DNA of 64,000 nucleotides from Macrostomum lignano (Eukaryota), in assembly GCA_002269645.1 (NCBI GenBank), contig NIVC01001097.1, forward strand, positions 124,001 to 188,000. Reading direction: 5' to 3'. This document shows, in pieces, positions 60,561 through 64,000 of this stretch; the stretch's first letter is position 1, and each line of letters opens with the position of its first letter. Under the pieces are notes generated by a model. It worked only from the letters and a program-made list of their open reading frames with translations, had not been told where the DNA came from and ran no database searches. Made by a program: the position numbers and the translations under genes.

Positions 60561-61382
60561 GCTAACAACAGCGATTGCCAAAATAATGTAAGGAATTCAG
60601 CTCAGCAGAATTCTTGGCTCTGTAACCTCACTATAAAATCTATGGCGACGCCCCCAATCAATTGGGGCTGCTGGACGAGCGAAGAGTGCCATGCAGAATA
60701 ACAGAATTAGAGCTCAGTGATAAAAAATAAAGTCAATACTATTTATTAAAATATACTTGCTATCGGACTGACTGTACTCAAAGATAAAAAATTGTAAATA
60801 ATGGAACACCTTAAAAGTTTAAGCCAAAACTTCAGCCAACATGGTAAATATTAACACACTTCAGCCAATCAAAAGTATCTACAGTAATCTTTTTTCTTTT
60901 GAATGCTTTCATTTTTTAACTTGCTGCTTGAAAATAAATTAAGAGAGTTTCCAAAGGACTTTACTGACAGTAGCAGTAAACGATTTTGCGTTAAACATTA
61001 TTAAAACTTTTTCACGCGATATAAACGATTGTGTAAAATGAATTTTAACATTATGTGTTACGTCTAAAGAAGTAGTTGAACAAATGAAATTTATTAAGCA
61101 AAAATGAAAACTATACTGGTTTATGCTGTACTACTGGGAAATACATTTATTCTCCTGATATGTTGATTGACAGAATAAAATATCAGACGAATAATATGTT
61201 GCCAAGCGCAATGTATAATTATATAAAGATGAGTCCAGGAACAGTATTACTTTATTATTTTTGAAATTGGCTCAGCACTTGCAATGGTATCCCCATGTTG
61301 AGTGTACATGCACATACTCGTAGATCGCATCCGTTCCTGACTGCGCCCTTTGTCAGTGACGTCACGGCGTGATTGCGACACA

Positions 61383-61631
61383 CTAGCAGCCCTCGCACCT
61401 GCAGCTCTCGCACTTGCAGTTCTTGCAGTTTCCGTCCTTGCACTTGCAGCTCTCACATTTGCACTCTCGGCCTTTGCAGGCATTATACTTGCAGCCCTCG
61501 CACCTGCAGCTCTCGCACCTGCAGTTCTTGCAGTTTCCGTCCTTGCACTCGCAGCTCTCGCACTTGCACTCTCGGCCTTTGCAGGTCTTCTTACACTCGC
61601 TCCCACACTCACTGGGGCTGGCCGCATCCAT
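61383..61631 (-). CDS. Metallothionein-like protein, 82 aa, 24 Cys, with an internally duplicated 31-aa module
   Basis: ATG at 61631: MDAASPSECGSECKKT-CKGRECKCESCECKDGNCKNCRCESCRCEGC-KYNA-CKGRECKCESCKCKDGNCKNCKCESCRCEGC*; CxC/CxxC motifs, Lys/Glu-rich, no signal peptide. Confidence 0.8.
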   Translation of the reverse strand: MDAASPSECGSECKKTCKGRECKCESCECKDGNCKNCRCESCRCEGCKYNACKGRECKCESCKCKDGNCKNCKCESCRCEGC

Positions 61632-62314
61632 TATCAAGTTCGTATAGCCAACAGCCAATACGCAAATGACAGCTTCTAACAGTTTGGAAGATACTGATCA
61701 ATTTCTCCTGGCAGTTCCAATGGTTCGCGCTCAGTCAAATTGTATTTATAGCCTTACAATGGAAGGTGCGGTCACTGATAACAAATAAGCGCCACGGCAG
61801 AGTTTCACAGCTAAGTTCTAAAATGGTTCTGCAGTGGCGTCTGGGACTCACATGCTTGGGAGCAATGCACTGGAAGGACTTCACGTAGATTCATGCAGTT
61901 CGGGAGTCGCGCAGAAAGCAGTCTGCACATACTTCACAAATATGGCTTCACATAAATGGGTTTTGCTGGAAATTTTCAAAACATTCTGCGATGTCTTTAC
62001 CTGCAGATTTAATTTCTCGTTATGACTAGGCAGTTATTTACTGCTGAACTGCAAAATCATGAAAGCTTTCTTTAAATGCACTGCTAGATGTGTGGCAGCA
62101 AGCCGAGGTCTAGAAAGGGCTTCATAATTTACTGAAACCTTACTGAAAATAATCTTACATAATAAGTTTCTGACCAAAGAAAATTCACTTCCGACGGGAA
62201 ATTGTTATGAAGGACCGTTTCCGTAAACTGCATCTGCATCCATGCAGCGGATTCTGTAAACTTTCCCAAAGCCCCATATTAACAGTAGTTCTACGAGTCA
62301 TCCTCCAGACAATT

Positions 62315-62920
62315 TTTAGCTGCGCCGGAACGGAGCAACGCAGGCGGCACAAAATTCAGGAACACGGGCAAACTTTTTGTTGCGCACCTTCAAAAACAAT
62401 TATCAATTCGTCAACCCTCCGATCTTTGAGATATTCAACAATTCTGCCAGAAGGTCCGATTTCTCCCATAAGCGCCAGTGTATTCAGTACACACCTGTGC
62501 GCCAATCAGCACTGCGCCTCATTGCAGCCTTGCCAAGCCTCCAAATTTCATCAGCATGTGTCTAACATCAGCTAAAAACATATACATGTAGATATGTCCA
62601 TAGTCCCCTGTGAGCTGGTGCCACCTGTTGAAGGTCCAGAAGCTCCGCCTGCATAAAGGCCAGGGACCCCAGGGGTTAGCGAAATGGGCGGCAACGCCTC
62701 CTCGCTGTTTCCGGACGCGCGGAGCCCCCCTGCAGCTAAGTCAAGTAAGTCAAGGCCAGGGACCAACGAAGTCAGAGCCTCTCCGGTTGGCGTCGACCAA
62801 CGCGTCGCACAGCAGACAGCCATCGTCGTTGGTAGGAAGAGCATTCTGAAGCACCCAGTCAAACACCAGAAGAAGCAGGAACGCCGCGCTAGCGCACAAG
62901 GACTACTTAAGTAGAAGGAC
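62315..62920 (+). mobile_element. Composite dispersed-repeat copy joining the 4061 family to a second family also seen at ~14680-14850
   Basis: 62456-62545 matches 4061-4150; 62612-62650 matches the reverse complement of ~4197-4230; 62670-62755 matches the reverse complement of ~14690-14770; acttaagtagaaggac is also at ~14826. Confidence 0.65.
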
Positions 62921-63238
62921 CCAAGAGAATGTCTCGAAGAAGCACCATTTAAAGCACGCGGCTCTGACGACCGGCCGTTGAAGGCCTTCTTGAAATCTAT
63001 TAAGATATCTCAATCGGGATCTACTGACAAATCCGCGACTCCAGGACGAAGAGCCAGGATCTGCACCACTGTGTTGCGATGGGGCCGAAACCTGTTCTGT
63101 ACGGATCCGCTATATGTGCAACCGCAACAACAGCGTCCAACTGAACACAGTACAGCTTCGCAGCGCGGGACTGAAGGCAGATGCCTCGATCGTGCTCTTC
63201 AAGCAGTGTGGTGCCCCGGCTTCTTAGAAATAGAAAAG

Positions 63239-63343
<105 letters not shown>

Positions 63344-64000
63344 GTCAATTCTTTGGATGCCTCCTCTGATTTACACTCTGGCGACTGTGCATGGTTACAC
63401 GGTTGGATGCACGTGCGTCGATGGCCCAGCCCTTCTCACGCCTAGCGACAGTTAGGCGAACCTCACGACGTCGGCTGTGCTGAATTATGCTATAAGCTGA
63501 ATTAAACTCTCCTCCGGCAATGGAGTCTCGCGCCGCAGCGTCAGAAGGACTGGCAGAAGTGCGGAGGTGACAGTAGTGCGTTCACGTGACGGCGAAGAAC
63601 TTAAGCAGCCTATATAATCAGCGCTCGTCAGCAGTGTCACTTGACAGGTTCTCAGCGGAATGCACCGCGTTAGCCTCGTCAGAGCGTTGATAGCATTGCC
63701 GGGCCCAGCCGAATTGCAGATAGCCGCCAGCAGAGCCTGCTCTACCTCGCGGGTTGGGTCACCCGGCCGCTCTAATGAAGCCTTTCCAACTCTCTACTCA
63801 AATCTCTAATACGTGCGACCTGGATTCGCAATGGGAGATGGCGATAGGAGACAGTGACAGTAAATGTAGATGTACAAGTTCATGTCCATTAACATTTACT
63901 CCAGTAATAGCTACGTTTTATATGTAATCTTCTACAACCATGCACAAACTAGAGGTAAAATGTTTTTTACATAACTGTGCGTCGATTAAACATTTTGTGT

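Noticed and set aside
59903-60581. ORFs with ALILAPQAGTHLGAAG repeats
   Set aside because: They are translations of a 25/21-bp minisatellite.

Overview
Eukaryotic (animal) genomic DNA: GC-rich spliced exons with GT..AG introns packed with mini/microsatellites. The style suggests a free-living flatworm such as Macrostomum, but that is inference. Most long ORFs in the supplied track are translations of tandem repeats. Gene models I could assemble by hand with consistent intron phases: (1) a 5'-incomplete 2-Ig, probably GPI-anchored Dpr/IgLON-like gene (+, 698-12258); (2) a 2-exon orphan (-, 13549-14404); (3) intronless NME5 (+, 16107-16739) with an RFX X-box; (4) a Pro-rich orphan with a C-terminal TM helix (-, 19290-20087); (5-7) three tandem insulin-like peptide genes (+, 24567-31203) sharing a six-Cys A chain and an 11-residue C-peptide; (8) a 9-exon Na+/K+-ATPase alpha-type pump (-, 35356-43732) with substitutions pointing to a degenerate third Na+ site and a TGDGVSD hinge; (9) a single-exon prohormone encoding 15 amidated xWxRGSRL-type peptides (+, 45077-45712); (10) a 14-exon, ~1511-aa secreted protein with three VWA domains, Cys-rich repeats, TIL, a SEA-like region and a Lys/Glu tail (-, 50231-58562); (11) an internally duplicated metallothionein-like ORF (-, 61383-61631). 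There is also a dispersed repeat family with a fold-back copy and more than 30 tandem arrays, many sitting directly on splice sites or stop codons. No rRNA, tRNA, CRISPR array or autonomous transposon was recognised. All coordinates were read by eye.
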